Source: Octopus sinensis (lineage: Eukaryota). From it: a stretch of DNA of 25,949 bases. Shown one piece after another: positions 11,430 to 23,870 of the stretch. The stretch's first letter is position 1; every line of letters begins with the position of its first letter. The DNA is taken from positions 1 through 25,949 of the forward strand of contig NW_021836784.1 of assembly GCF_006345805.1 (NCBI RefSeq). Direction: 5' to 3'. Made by a program: the position numbers and the translations under genes. Under the pieces are notes generated by a model, which saw only the letters and a program-made list of their open reading frames with translations, was not told the DNA's origin and did no database searches.

Positions 11430-12300
11430 TTTTAATCTTTTTTATAAAAGTGAAAGGATTTCGTCCATTTATTTCTGCTGTCCACTTACGGCGGTGATTC
11501 AGTTGACTAGGAAAACTGTACGTGATGAATATCCAATACAAAACTATCTTAATCTACATATTGAAACTGCATTAAACTTTGGCAACCTTACCTTTACCTA
11601 TTCTGAGTTACTTGAAGAGTGATGTTCCCTTCCCTCGCTTCTGATTGTTGATATCTTTTTATTTTTACCTTTGACACCGTTGTTTCACTTTAAGGATGCT
11701 TCTTTACCCAGCCATTATGATATTTCGACTGCTGTCCACTGTTTCAAATAGGTTTTAGTATTGTCATTCTAGCCTTTTTTCAACACTCACATATGATTAG
11801 TCCCAAAGAATCAACCTTTAAATAAGAGTTTTGCTTCCACTAGCGAAAGCTGGACGTATCTTTCAGGAAGCTCCATTTACAATTTAATTTTTATGCAGCA
11901 TTCGCTGTTTCCACAGATACCAATATTTGTAACTCACATCAAACAGTCTTCGAATAATTATGGACCCTGGTAACTAAACTGCGGATCTCTTTCTGCGGTA
12001 CTATCTTGTGACGCACATGGTAAACTGGGAGGGAATTACGAATTCACTCGTCTATATAAGTTTGGATATGCTGATTGCCTTGTGGTATGTTCTGATAGCG
12101 CTTGATCAGAAATGCAGAGGGTAAGTTCTAGCATTTTCAAATTTATAATTCTCGAAATATTATGTTCACAAAGGGAATGAATTTTTATAATTCTAATCCA
12201 GAAACGCGTCTATAATTAATTGAAGACCGTTTGGTTTCATTATTTTTCTTCTTTTTATCTATGAGTTACAAATATTGTTATCTGTGGAGACATATTTTGT
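11430..12300 (+). mobile_element. Probable heavily degraded Penelope-like element 3' region (GIY-YIG end + hammerhead half-motif)
   Basis: Broken-frame matches in the expected order: NLI(Y)..IRC at about 11881-11908 and LDML..PCGM at about 12062-12090, resembling the L.TL.P.GLN end. GAAACGCGTC follows at 12201-12210. Confidence 0.4.
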
Positions 12301-12386
12301 AGGAAAAAGAAATAGCGGTCTTTTGGGTGATATTTCTAAATTTTCGATATGTGGTGAAGCACTTGTTGCTAAACCCTTAATTATTG

Positions 12387-12387
<1 letters not shown>

Positions 12388-12450
<63 letters not shown>
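12388..12450. repeat. (TA)n microsatellite
   Basis: Directly visible. Confidence 0.95.
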
Positions 12451-12889
12451 TGAGAGACAGACAACCAGAGTTACAGAGTAAGAGAAAGGGATAGAAATGA
12501 TAGAAATGATAAATGATAAATGATACATATATATTTTTATTAAGGCATTGACTCACATATCCAATACTGTAAACTTCACAGACACAAAATACACGCCTGC
12601 TCATCCGAATTCGATAATAATAAATCGTTTCGCATCTATTGTTTCTCAAGCTAGTCTTAATTCCGAGCTCGTTATATGAGTTAAAGCGCTGATTTCATAT
12701 CTGCTACATTTTCCAGGAGCTGTTTCACGGCTCCTGGAGAGCAAGCAACACTGGTACGTTAGAGAAGGCCTATATACATTCGAAACTCGGTGAAATTTAT
12801 TTTGAAGTGTTAGCAGCAAAATAATTAAAATTTGTGAACCGGGAGCTCTACCGGAGGGAACAGTATGTCACGCGGGTTTCGTATTAATA

Positions 12890-13260
12890 AATACTGCAAA
12901 CTATTGAAATATACGCAACAGCTCCGTATAAATTAGTATGGTGAGATACTCTTCAAGAGCGTCTAAAGCTATACAGGAGGGGAATCTACGCTGGATATGA
13001 AGCCTAAGTTTGACTGGAACAAAAATGCAGCTTTTCTTCTAACTGGAGTAGGGCACATCTAGAGTAACCTCAGCATAAGCTTTATTTACAGTCCCGTGAA
13101 AATAGTTTGGTATCACGAAAGCAAGAGAGACGTCTCCTCTCTATAGTCCTACAACTCAACAACTATTGTTCCATTTAGCGATGTGAAGACGGTACCAGAG
13201 TTAGTTAAGAAGTATGAACTCTTCTTATTGGCTTATGATTATCAGTGAGGTTTAGAAGAT
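12890..13260 (+). mobile_element. Possible very old LINE (RTE-like) endonuclease relic
   Basis: Short motifs in the expected order across frames: AIQE (~12968), WNKNAA..GVG (~13015-13055), YSPT (~13142). Many stops. Confidence 0.25.
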
Positions 13261-13667
13261 ATGACGTTCCCAATACTAAGTAACATTGCATTCGAGCAAT
13301 AAGATACGGTTTTCGTCCCTAAGACTGTCTCTCATATGGAGCTGAATTCTGTTCCTTGTAACATATACTTAACCTCCACGTATATGACATCTAAGTCCCG
13401 CCAACGATGTGACTTTAAACGTCAAGCCAACGACTTGCAACCCCCCCCCCAATCCTGCAAGTATGAGAATTACGGGTCAGTGCAGGTGTTATATATGCAG
13501 CCGCTTCTTTCATTTACGTTGCACTCCAAAGCCTGTTAAGGCTAGTTGCAACAAAGTTTCTAATATAATTTTGACACAACAAACTGCGTTTTTTACCCTC
13601 CAAGACTGTTTGCTCAAAGGTGTTGTGAGCTATCTTCATTTCCAAGAGGTTACTCTTTAGCTTGTCC

Positions 13668-14135
13668 ATATATACGCACACATACTCACACACAAACACA
13701 CATGCACATACACGCATACTCACACGCATACACATAGATATATATATATATATACGCGCATATATATACATACATGTATGTGCATATATATACATATATA
13801 TATATATACGCATATATATATATATACATATATATTTTGTATAGGCATATGTATACATATATAATTGTATGCATGTGTGTTTGCATATACACTAACACAA
13901 GGCTATGTTTGGTTTTGATGTTGTTGTTATGTGTGTGTATATTATACATATATGTTTACATGTATCGATGTACTACATTCTACAGAAACACACACACACG
14001 CACACACACACATACATATACAATCAGATATATGTATATACATATGTTTTTATGTACGCACATGTGTGTATGTGTGTGCGTGTGTTTGTGTCTGCATTTC
14101 TGTGTGTGTGTATACGTGCGCGTGTGACTGTGGTG
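13668..14135. repeat. Degenerate (CA)/(TA)/(TG) microsatellite field
   Basis: Directly visible. Confidence 0.9.
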
Positions 14136-14724
14136 TGTAAGGAAATATAATACATACATGTTTTTTTTTGTCCTTTGTATTTTGTATTTTCAGAAAACTT
14201 AGCGGGGTTTTCAGTTTTCTCCTTTCATAACTTTGAATAGCGGAGAATGAAATATATATAAAAAAATATATATGAAGACAGAAAGAAAAACAAGGAAAAA
14301 AGGAAAACAAATTGAAAAATCTCTTAACAGCTAACCAGAGCAAATGAGCGACAAAGCTGTAGGAGGCCATGTTGGAAAGACTAGCGTCAAAAAGCGGCCG
14401 TTATTGAAATAAGACACTTGGACAATAACAGCGATTGACTCTTCAGTTCTCTATATATGATTTCAAGTTTACAGGAAATGGAATAAAAATTGAATTCTCA
14501 CTTGTTAGAGAGAAACAAGAACACGTGAATAAAGGATTATGTTGGAAAAATTTTGTTTAGTTTTCTTTGTCAGTTTGTACACATGCGTTGGTGTACGTGT
14601 GTGTGATGTGTGTTATCGAGATTGTATATTTGTCCGAATGTGTAAGCTTGTGTCTATGTGTGTGTATGTGGAAATGTGACCTTTGCATGTATGCGCAATG
14701 TGATATCTGTCAATTTAGTAGTTG

Positions 14725-14727
14725 AAT

Positions 14728-14758
<31 letters not shown>

Positions 14759-14820
14759 ATTATATAATAAATTTATGTATGTATATGTATATATATATAT
14801 AATCTTATATATATATATAT

Positions 14821-14864
<44 letters not shown>

Positions 14865-14885
14865 ATATATAAATGTATGTATGTA

Positions 14886-14925
<40 letters not shown>

Positions 14926-15290
14926 CATACAAATATTAGTATGAATATGTATGTTTATGTATATGTGTATCATATATATATGTATATATATGTATACATA
15001 ATATATATCATTTATTAACCTCCTCTTTGTATATATATATATATATATATATATATACTATATATATATATATATATAATATATTATATATTATATATAT
15101 ATATACATATATATACACACACAAATATGTATATATATATATATGGTGTGTGTGTGTATGAGTGTGTGTTTAGATATTTAAAAATTGATGGATAGATAGA
15201 TACATACATACATACATACATATATACATACATCTCGATACATATATAGATATATACACACAGAGATATATACATATATATCCATACACA
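14725..15290. repeat. Degenerate (TA)n/(TATG)/(TAGA) microsatellite field
   Basis: Directly visible. Confidence 0.9.
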
Positions 15291-16049
15291 TTTTGAAGGT
15301 AAACATATTTGACTCTAATACCTTCAGATAAAGACTGTATTTCTACCTTATGTATATATATATTTTTGTTGGGGTTTATTATCATATATTTTTTGCAAAA
15401 TTTGTCATCCAGTATGATATATAAATGTTAACAAAAATCTATTCTACAAAACGCAAAATATTATCAACAACAACCACTACACCAAGAGCAAACAAATAAT
15501 TTTCACACACACCCATATTTATGCAGATACACACATATTTATACAAACATACACACACACACATACGCACATATAGAAATATATACCGACATATATGCAT
15601 ACATATACAGTCTAACTCTTCAAGCCGACTCCTTCTCTCTCCTCAGCTCTGAAATACAAATTGAGATGTCTGACAGCTGTCAATGTGATTCTTATTCTCT
15701 CTATTACCGCTTGATAACAAAAATACTTGCCATCTTAAACGTTCTCTTTGTTCGTAGCTCTAATATTAGTATTAGTATTAGTGTTTGTAGTTGCAGTAGT
15801 AGATGTGGTTGTTTTTGTTTTTGTTTTTGTTGTTGTTGTATTTGATAATTGTGGTTGTAGTGGCGATTGCGGCGGATGTGATGTTAATATTACTGTTTAA
15901 TCTTGATAATGATGATGATGATGATGATTACTCGATGCTTCCGTTTCTTCTTCTACTGCTGTTTATTTCTCTGGCGATGTTGTTCCTAATTGACCTTGCG
16001 CTTATTTCCAAAAACGAATACGATCGCCGTGTCTTTTATTCTGTTTCTC

Positions 16050-16126
16050 ATGATGATGATGGTGATGATGATGATGATGATATTGATGACGATGATGATG
16101 ATGGTGATGATGATATTGATGACGAC

Positions 16127-16202
<76 letters not shown>

Positions 16203-16318
16203 GCGATGAGGATATTGATGACGATGATGATGATGCTGATGATGATGGCGATGAGGATATTGATGACGATGATGATGATGACGATGATGATGACGATGAT
16301 GCTGGTGATATTGATGAC

Positions 16319-16354
<36 letters not shown>

Positions 16355-16418
16355 ATTGATGACGATGATGATGGTGATGATTACGGAGACTATGGTGATG
16401 ATGATGATGATGATGATG
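16050..16418 (+). repeat. Long interrupted (GAT)n trinucleotide repeat
   Basis: About 370 bp of GAT with in-register interruptions. TATTGATGAC recurs at 16081, 16114, 16213, 16258, 16309 and 16354. Confidence 0.97.
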
Positions 16419-16458
16419 AAGGAGAAGAGGAGGAAGAAGGAGGAAAGGGATAAAGGAC

Positions 16459-16718
16459 CATCATGATCCTCAGAGACGACATCATCACCATCCTCGCCGT
16501 TGTCTTCTTCGCTGTTGTTGTCGTTGACGTAGTCATTACCGTTGTCATCGTCGTTGTCGTCTACGCAGTCGTACTTGCTTGCCGCCGCCACCGCCGTAAC
16601 CGGCGCTGTTGCCGACGTTGTCGTCGTCATCTCATCATCTCATCATCATCATCATCATCATCATCATCAACATCATCATCATCATCGCCATCATCATTAT
16701 CATCATCGCCATCATCAT
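16459..16718 (+). repeat. Degenerate (CGT/TGT)n then (CAT)n trinucleotide repeat
   Basis: Directly visible; purest (CAT)n at about 16640-16718. Confidence 0.9.
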
Positions 16719-18621
16719 CTCTTACTCCTCCTTCCCTTCTTCTCGACGTCGTCGTCTTGATTGCCAGCTATCTCTTTTGCAACTGTCAGCTGATTGCGAA
16801 TAACACACAAGTCGCATGAGGTGAGAGCTGAGAAAGGTTGATGCTTTTTTGTAGAAGAGTCCCAACGTGGAGGACGACAAAACAGTCATTGGGACAACAT
16901 TGCCTGTTCTCGGTCGTCAATGGACTCAATGAAAGATCTCGCAGCATGAGAAGACAGAATCATAGATAACGTTTCTGTCTCTTTGATAATGTATTAATCA
17001 TCTAAATATCGTACCTTGACCCACAAATCACTTGACCAAACTAGACCGATTCTTTTTTGTTTTTTGGGGGGGTTTTTTTGTTATCATTTTAACATGGCAT
17101 TCTTCAACACACATTTTAGCTTGGTTGGCAGTTTATATTCTTTTTTAATTTTTTTACCAGTTCTTTTGTTTATTCTTTCTCTTCACAGCTGTCTGTCATT
17201 CTATTTTCCGCTTTGCATGTCTTACTTTCAATGCTGACAGGTATTTTCTTTCCTTTTGTATTCAGTAGCAACATATTAGCATTCCTTTTGTAGCTGCATA
17301 TTTATAAGTTTTTTATATTACTGCTTACAAGACGATTTTGTAGTCCTACACTGGTTATTATTTCATAGTTTTCTAATTACATATGCACTCACAACTCCAT
17401 AAAATACTAATGAAAATAATCTAACTATGGTAGTTTGTAAATGTTGTAATTATATCTCTAGATACATTTGCATTCACTTAATATTGAGTCAAATAGTGTT
17501 GATACCTTTTCTCTTATATTTCGCATATAGATCGGTTTTATATAACAAGTGGGTGCATCGATGATATTCCGTCTTAACTTTTACTTTCATTCATGTATCT
17601 TATACTTGAACTAATTCAGAGATTCCTGAACTTTTGTGTGCGTGTGTTTCACCAGGGAATTGGTGTGCGTCTTCAATTTCCCTCTCTTAAATTGTTTCGT
17701 AAAGTATTTTCTAATTTGAATTAGTTCCGTATCAATTCCTCAGGTGATTTCATATACCCTCGTATCAGTATTTATAGTTATTTAGTATCAACATCATTCA
17801 ACATAAGGTCGACCCTATATAAAAATGATTGATGCTCCTCATTTAGTGTTTGCATCCAAAATGTGTATACATCATGGCAAAATGTTAGCACCAGGCAGAA
17901 AAATATTAGAGAGTCTTGTATTAGCGCTAGGATTAATTCTCTTCGCATGTTGATGCAATTAATTTTTATGATGCAAAATTTATTGTATCTACAAGATATT
18001 CGGTCATGTATTTATGATCGTCTTAAAGTGTCAGTAAATTATTGCTGTACCTTACACATGTCACGTATATCCAAGATGCACCTGCTGGGAACATTGTTTA
18101 ATGTATCCCAATCGTCAACGCATAACAGAATTAGATTCACTCGACGATAATGTCATACACTATTGCAATAAGGGTTATGCATCTCTAGATTTTGGAGGCT
18201 CCTATGTCATTAGCGCAAAGAATTGAAAGTGTTTCACTTCCAGGAGATACTCAGATGCTTATTTTTCTGACTCCGCCAATCACCCCTTTGGAACTTGTTT
18301 TTATGCTGAAGATTTTCACGTGAATAGAAAGTATATCATGATATATTGCCTTCCAGACATTTAATTCTTGCAGTATTTTAGACTACATTAAAAAATTTTT
18401 TACCCTTACAACGATATTTTCTGTATATCGATTTTAGCCATCTCTTATGTGAGCATTTCTTATGCAACCTTTTCTCCTCCTCGGAAATGACGTGGTGCAT
18501 TCCTATATGGTTTTTTTTTCTTTATCTAGATCTTAATAAAATTATTTTGGATTCAGTAAAAACTACACGTTTTCTTCGAGTGAACTTTGTCGCTTTTAAT
18601 AGTGATACCTACACCGGATAT

Positions 18622-18835
18622 ACGTGTGTGTACATATATATATATGTGTGTGTGTATGTATGTGTGTGTGTGCGTGTGTTTGTGTGTGCATATGCATGTG
18701 TTCGAACGTGTGTGCATATATATATGTGTGTGTATGTATGTATATATGTATGTGTGTGCGTGTATATATGTGTGTATGTTTGTATGCATGTATATGTATG
18801 TGTATATGCGAATATGTGTTTGTCTGCGTGTTTAT
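18622..18835. repeat. (TG)/(TA) microsatellite
   Basis: Directly visible; directly precedes a SINE A tail. Confidence 0.9.
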
Positions 18836-18844
18836 TTTTGATCC

Positions 18845-19040
18845 CAAGTATTGCTTCATAGCCGGTGTAAGCTTGTTTACGTTTCTGTAACTTAGCTATT
18901 CGACAAATGAGAAGGACAGAATAGGTACCAGGCTTTTAAAGAACGAACATTTGGGTCGATTAGTTCGACTAAACTCTTGAAGGCGGTGCCCCAGCCAGGC
19001 CGCAGTGTAATGACTGAAAAAAGTCATAGAAAAAAGATAC
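18845..19040 (+). mobile_element. SINE family A, 3' body and tail
   Basis: GTTTACGTTTCTGTAACTTAGC...AGAATAGGTACCAGGCTT...GGGTCGATTAGTTCGACTAAA...GGCGGTGCCCCAGC is homologous to the minus strand of 2212-2425. Confidence 0.8.
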
Positions 19041-19071
19041 CATCTATCTGTGATTTCCTTCAACATATCCC

Positions 19072-19135
19072 CCCTCTCTCACTCTCTCTCTCTCTCTCTC
19101 TTCCTCTATCTCTCTCTCTCTCTCTTTCTCTCTCT
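19072..19135. repeat. (CT)n microsatellite
   Basis: Directly visible. Confidence 0.95.
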
Positions 19136-20351
19136 GTTTAGTAATCTATTCAGTACCCTCTGCTGACAAATTAGAGAAAGTTATTTCGACGTATCACTAC
19201 TTATGCGTTAAAGTGATTGGCATCATAGCCAATAAAACTGTTTGTAAATATTCGAATCACAATGTTCTATTCCGATATAACCAGAAAGCGAACCCTAGAA
19301 TAATGTTTGTTTATACAAGTACACGGATCATTTCTTTAAGAAGTGCGAAATTCAACTAGATATAAACGGAGATGGCTCAGATGGAACTAAATACGGAGTG
19401 ACTTTGTTTTTACACGGTGCCGATTCAGAAACTTGAAATTGATGTTCTTATATATATATCAGATATGGTTCCCTTATGACTATGTCTGCGAAGATTCACT
19501 GAAGGAAAACTTTGGTAGAGCCAGCACTGCAGCCAAGTTAGAATACATTTACCCAATATACTGAAATCACGAAAAGTCTTTGGAAGTATTTGGAAGTATT
19601 TGGAAAATTGAAGCAGGAGATAAAAATTTAAGAAAGAGATAAAAATTTCTTTCCTGAGAGAATAATGTACATGGTTGATGTCTGGAAGGTAATACAGTCT
19701 ACGAAATATTTCGAAACGTGATACCCACAAACCAATTTACTGACGTTAAAATAGGCACTATCTGGCATACATTGAAGAGGTTACTCTTTCAAGCATTTTA
19801 CTGGCCTCATGCTGGGACGCAGCCATCAAGAGATTCACATCATTACTTTGAGCGCAGTAGTTTGTTCCGACGTTCATCTTCCTCTTATGGAAAAAACGTT
19901 AAGTTTGCTGGCTGCAAACGGAATTATATTAGACAGAACTAAATTCTATAATACAAGATTTGTTTCTTCATTTCACTAATTCAGAAAATTTACAGGTTAT
20001 ATTCATATGTACATCGAATAGGTTTTCTCCTAGGTTATAGCTGCTATGATTCATTGATAATATTTTCATAGAACAGAGGCTGTTATGGAGCTGCTCAACT
20101 AGGAAACAAATATCCTAGGTACACCGTAATGCAATAAATAAAATAAACACATGAATGGGAACAGGTATGTTTCTGATCTCATAACTATGTCTGTATCCAA
20201 AAGAGATGGAAGTAAATTAACTCCGTGGTGGACCGAATATAAATACAGTGAAACAAGCTCGAATTTTTTTTTTGTGTGGTTACACAAATACACGCTCTGC
20301 ACACACAATTCGACAAACATATTAAAACAGGTTTTCAATCTATTTTAGTTA

Positions 20352-20492
20352 CGTAGATTTGGTTTTTCTGTCTGGTTAAGATGCTTGGACTTAAATTTAC
20401 TGCACACCTTGACACATTGGGCAACGGTCTGCTGCTGTAGCCCGGGACTTGGGAGTGAATTACGTAGAGAAGAACGTAAGGAAGCCAGTCGT
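20352..20492 (+). mobile_element. SINE family A, diverged 5' head
   Basis: TGGTTAAGATGCTT...TTGGGCAA...GTAGCCCGG...CTTGGGAGTGAATT...GGAAGCCAGTCGTATA aligns by eye with the reverse complement of 3060-3214. Confidence 0.6.
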
Positions 20493-20569
20493 ATAAATGT
20501 ATATATGCATTGTTGTGTGTGTGTATGCGTATGTTTGTATATACATATGTGTGTATATATATATGTATG

Positions 20570-20604
<35 letters not shown>

Positions 20605-20607
20605 AAG

Positions 20608-20667
<60 letters not shown>
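20493..20667. repeat. (TA)n-(TG)n microsatellite
   Basis: Directly visible. Confidence 0.95.
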
Positions 20668-20669
<2 letters not shown>

Positions 20670-21049
20670 GAGGCGCAATGGACCAGTGGCTACGACAGCG
20701 GACTCACGGTCGTAAGATCGTGGTTTCGATTCCCAAATAGGGCGTTGTGCGTATTTATTGAGCGAAAACACCTAAAGCTGCAGGAGGCTCCGGCAGTGGG
20801 GTGGTGGAGAACCCTGCTGTACTCTTTCACCACAACTTTCTCTCACTCTTTCTTCCTGTCTCTCTTGTACATGTATTTCGAAGGGCTAGCCATGTCACGC
20901 TGAATCTCATCCGAGAACTACGTTAAGGGTACACGTGTCTGTGGAGTGCTCAACCACATGCATTTTAATTTCACGAGCAAGCTGATCCCGTAATCGGATC
21001 AACTTGAACCCTCGTTGTCGTAACCGTCAGAGTGCCGCGACGGCGACGA
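20668..21049 (+). mobile_element. Apparently full-length tRNA-derived SINE (family C)
   Basis: Pol III A box TGGACCAGTGG (20679-20689) and B box GTTTCGATTCC (20723-20733), a unique body of about 300 bp, and a short (CGA)-type tail. Confidence 0.8.
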
Positions 21050-21067
21050 TATATATATATATATATA

Positions 21068-21212
21068 AGGAGAAAAGAAAATGGACATTAAGAAGTTAAT
21101 ATTTCTTTATTATTAACAACAAATTTGTCATCTTGTCTGTAAGAAGCGAAGACGGCTATTTTGTGGTTAATAATAAACAATTATTAACTTCTTAATCCCC
21201 ATTTTCGTTCCT
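21068..21212. repeat. Imperfect ~60-bp inverted repeat (fold-back element)
   Basis: Left arm GAAAATGGACATTAAGAAGTTAATATTTCTTTATTATTAACAACAAAT; reverse complement of right arm GAAAATGGGGATTAAGAAGTTAATAATTGTTTATTATTAACCACAAAA. Confidence 0.9.
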
Positions 21213-21394
21213 AATTTTAAATGGATATAAACTATATGCTTTATACATACCTGTTGTTTTCAGGGAATTTCATTTCCCCAAAATATTAGACATTGAACCA
21301 GTATTTGCTTGGGTGCAGCCATCCCTTCACGCGATTAATATACCCTCTAATCTCTCTATATAAATTAAATATATATGCCTATTCGTTTGTACTT

Positions 21395-21610
21395 TTGTGT
21401 TTGTGTTTCTCCAATTACCACTGGCTCTCGACCGGCGTTGGTGTATTTACGTCCCATAAATTCGTGATTCGCCCCCACCCCCGAATAGTAGAATAAACAG
21501 AATGCTTGGAAAACAAGTTCTGGTGTCTGTTTGTTCGACTTCAGCCTACAAAGCAGTGCCACAGACTGGATACGGTCCATTGATTGAAACAATTAAATGA
21601 TGAAAGATAA
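21395..21610 (+). mobile_element. SINE family A, diverged 3' body and tail
   Basis: ACCGGCGTTGGTGTATTTACGTCCC...TAGAATAA...TTTGTTCGACT...GCAGTGCCACAG...TGATTGAAAC is homologous to 18845-19040. Confidence 0.65.
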
Positions 21611-22019
21611 AATATATATATTTTTAACGCACTCATGCATATGAACGCAAACACAGAGGCGCTCATGAATACACATAGAACTACAATTGCATGCATGCAA
21701 GCATATAAACAAATGATATATTTTAGCTTGGAGAGCCACTTTGAAACTCCAAAAACTAACCTGTTCCAAATAGAGAATCTACGGTAATTATGTTCTTGAA
21801 TTATATTAACAGACCTCTCATCCGGTAATACCGATCAATATATTTTAGTCTATATTGAGATAACATTCTCTTTCTGAAGTTGGTTAATTTTCATGCAGTG
21901 TGATAAAAATAGGTTTATTCATTATTTTTTTAAGTGCATTGATAAACATTAAACAAACTCTACACAAAAACACGATCATGCAAGCATATGAATATGCAGA
22001 ATACATACTTACAGATGCA

Positions 22020-22205
22020 CACACATTCATACATATGTACATATGCATACACACGCATATATACATACACACATGCATACAAACATACGTACATACATAC
22101 ATACATACATACATACATACATACATACATACATACATACATACATACATACATGCCTAAGCACACACACACACACTGATCCACACACATGCGCACAAAC
22201 AAACA
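22020..22205. repeat. (ACAT)n tetranucleotide and (CA)n repeat
   Basis: Pure ACAT run at about 22091-22154. Confidence 0.95.
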
Positions 22206-23699
22206 AAAAAGAACGCAGTGTAATTAACGGAGAGAATCAAGACTATTGAAATGGTTGCAAGACGCAGCGAAAATTTTAGGAAAATATAAATAAGAAATAA
22301 ATGGAAATTTTACCGGTGAGTGTATTACATTATAAGGCACAAAAAGAAAATTACTCTCCCCAGACACAAAAGAATATACTTCAGAATTGCTTTACATTTA
22401 CAATCATGACCTTTAATTCCCATCCAGTAAACAATATACTGTTTACATGGTTCGGTATGATATATTTAAAAAATTTTAAGTAGGTTAATAGATATCTAAC
22501 AGATCCTGTTTTAGAAGAGTATTTATTTAAATTTACTAAATACAGTTTCGTTCTAGTTATCATAGTTTATTCTATATTTTAAGAATATACTTAGGCAGCC
22601 TTCGCAAAACCGCAAGATCCACAAATCGAAGTTAGCTCCGGCCTCAACCTTGCTGAATATCAGAAAAAATTTATTGCTTTGTGTAGTGTGAACACTGTCA
22701 TCTCAAATAACAAATTTTGCAGGATTTAAGATGCCATCAACGTGCGACTGTCCGAGCGCATCAGGCGGAATAATTCGATAACCTTTTCTTTGAAAGTGGT
22801 AGATTTTTTCAATGTTTAACATTACCTCCAAAAATCACCGGTAAATACTATATACATAAACCAACATATATAGACACACATTCGCGAGCAATCGGATATA
22901 TATATATATATATATAATTATATAAACGTGTTGTTTCTTACATCACTGTAGTAATGTGTATTATTTTCTAGAGTGACAAACATATTTCTTTAAAATTTAG
23001 TAGAAATAAATCTAATATAGACCGGCTAGTCGTATAATGATTGTTGAAAGATTTGTCAACTAAAGAAAAGGGTGCGATGAAAATGTATCCTGTGGGCCTT
23101 ACATGTCAAGTAAGTCTTTCGTGAAAATATTTATACTTTACTGTTCAAATTCGTGACTACAGACTCGGCTGATTAGTTAGTGTAATTTAAGGTTACGTGA
23201 TGTCTTTTGTGATAAGTATTCAAGTTTTAGTCAGGAAGGAACTGATGCTATGTTTCTTTTTGTCCATTTAAACTAAATATCTTGTTGGTCAGAGTTTAAC
23301 GTGAAACTGTAAAATCTCTTTTGTTATCATAATTCCGAAGTTCTAGTTGGAATTTATTCTATTTCTATTAAAGGCTTTTATCATTAGAGATTGGTACTTC
23401 AGTTAGAGCCACGTAAAAAGGTAGACAGTTGCAAATTTCTGAATGGTTCCAGTAATATTTACCTGGAAAGATTCAAGTGTTTTCAGACGTACTTTTCATT
23501 TACAATATTCTCAAGAGATATTTCCACTGTAAACTCTTGACAAATTTTCTATCTTCTACAGCAAGGTAATTAAGTAGTTTTTCGTCGAAATTACTGCAAT
23601 GATTTTAGTTGCCAAAGAGAGATGACGCAGTTGCAATTTCAACAATTGTAGTTCGTCTACCGTCTCTCTCAATCTACCTATCAGTCTATCTGGACATAG

Positions 23700-23778
23700 A
23701 CACACGCGCACACTTATACACACACAAACAAATATGTATATTTATACGTATGCATGTACGGGTGTGTGTATGTATATA

Positions 23779-23827
<49 letters not shown>

Positions 23828-23870
23828 TTATATATATGTATATATATATGTATGTATATATATCTGTTTA
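23700..23870. repeat. (CA)/(TA)/(TG) microsatellite
   Basis: Directly visible. Confidence 0.9.

Noticed and set aside
15608-15628. Resemblance to mature miR-750 (CAGTCTAACTCTTCAAGC)
   Set aside because: The seed region differs from the recalled miRNA and no precursor hairpin is evident.
15986-16819. Poly-Ile, poly-Met, poly-His and poly-Ser ORFs
   Set aside because: They are alternative frames of the GAT/CAT repeats.
17530-18500. Possible ancient LINE RT C-terminal relic
   Set aside because: Only faint scattered motif resemblance; not supportable without a profile search.
20668-20745. tRNA gene
   Set aside because: A and B boxes are present but there is no convincing cloverleaf or acceptor stem, and the sequence continues into a SINE body.
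16840-22800. Candidate host exons after pyrimidine-AG sites (~16853, ~20032, ~22722)
   Set aside because: There is no consistent donor or open frame and no recognisable protein; RNA-seq would be needed.
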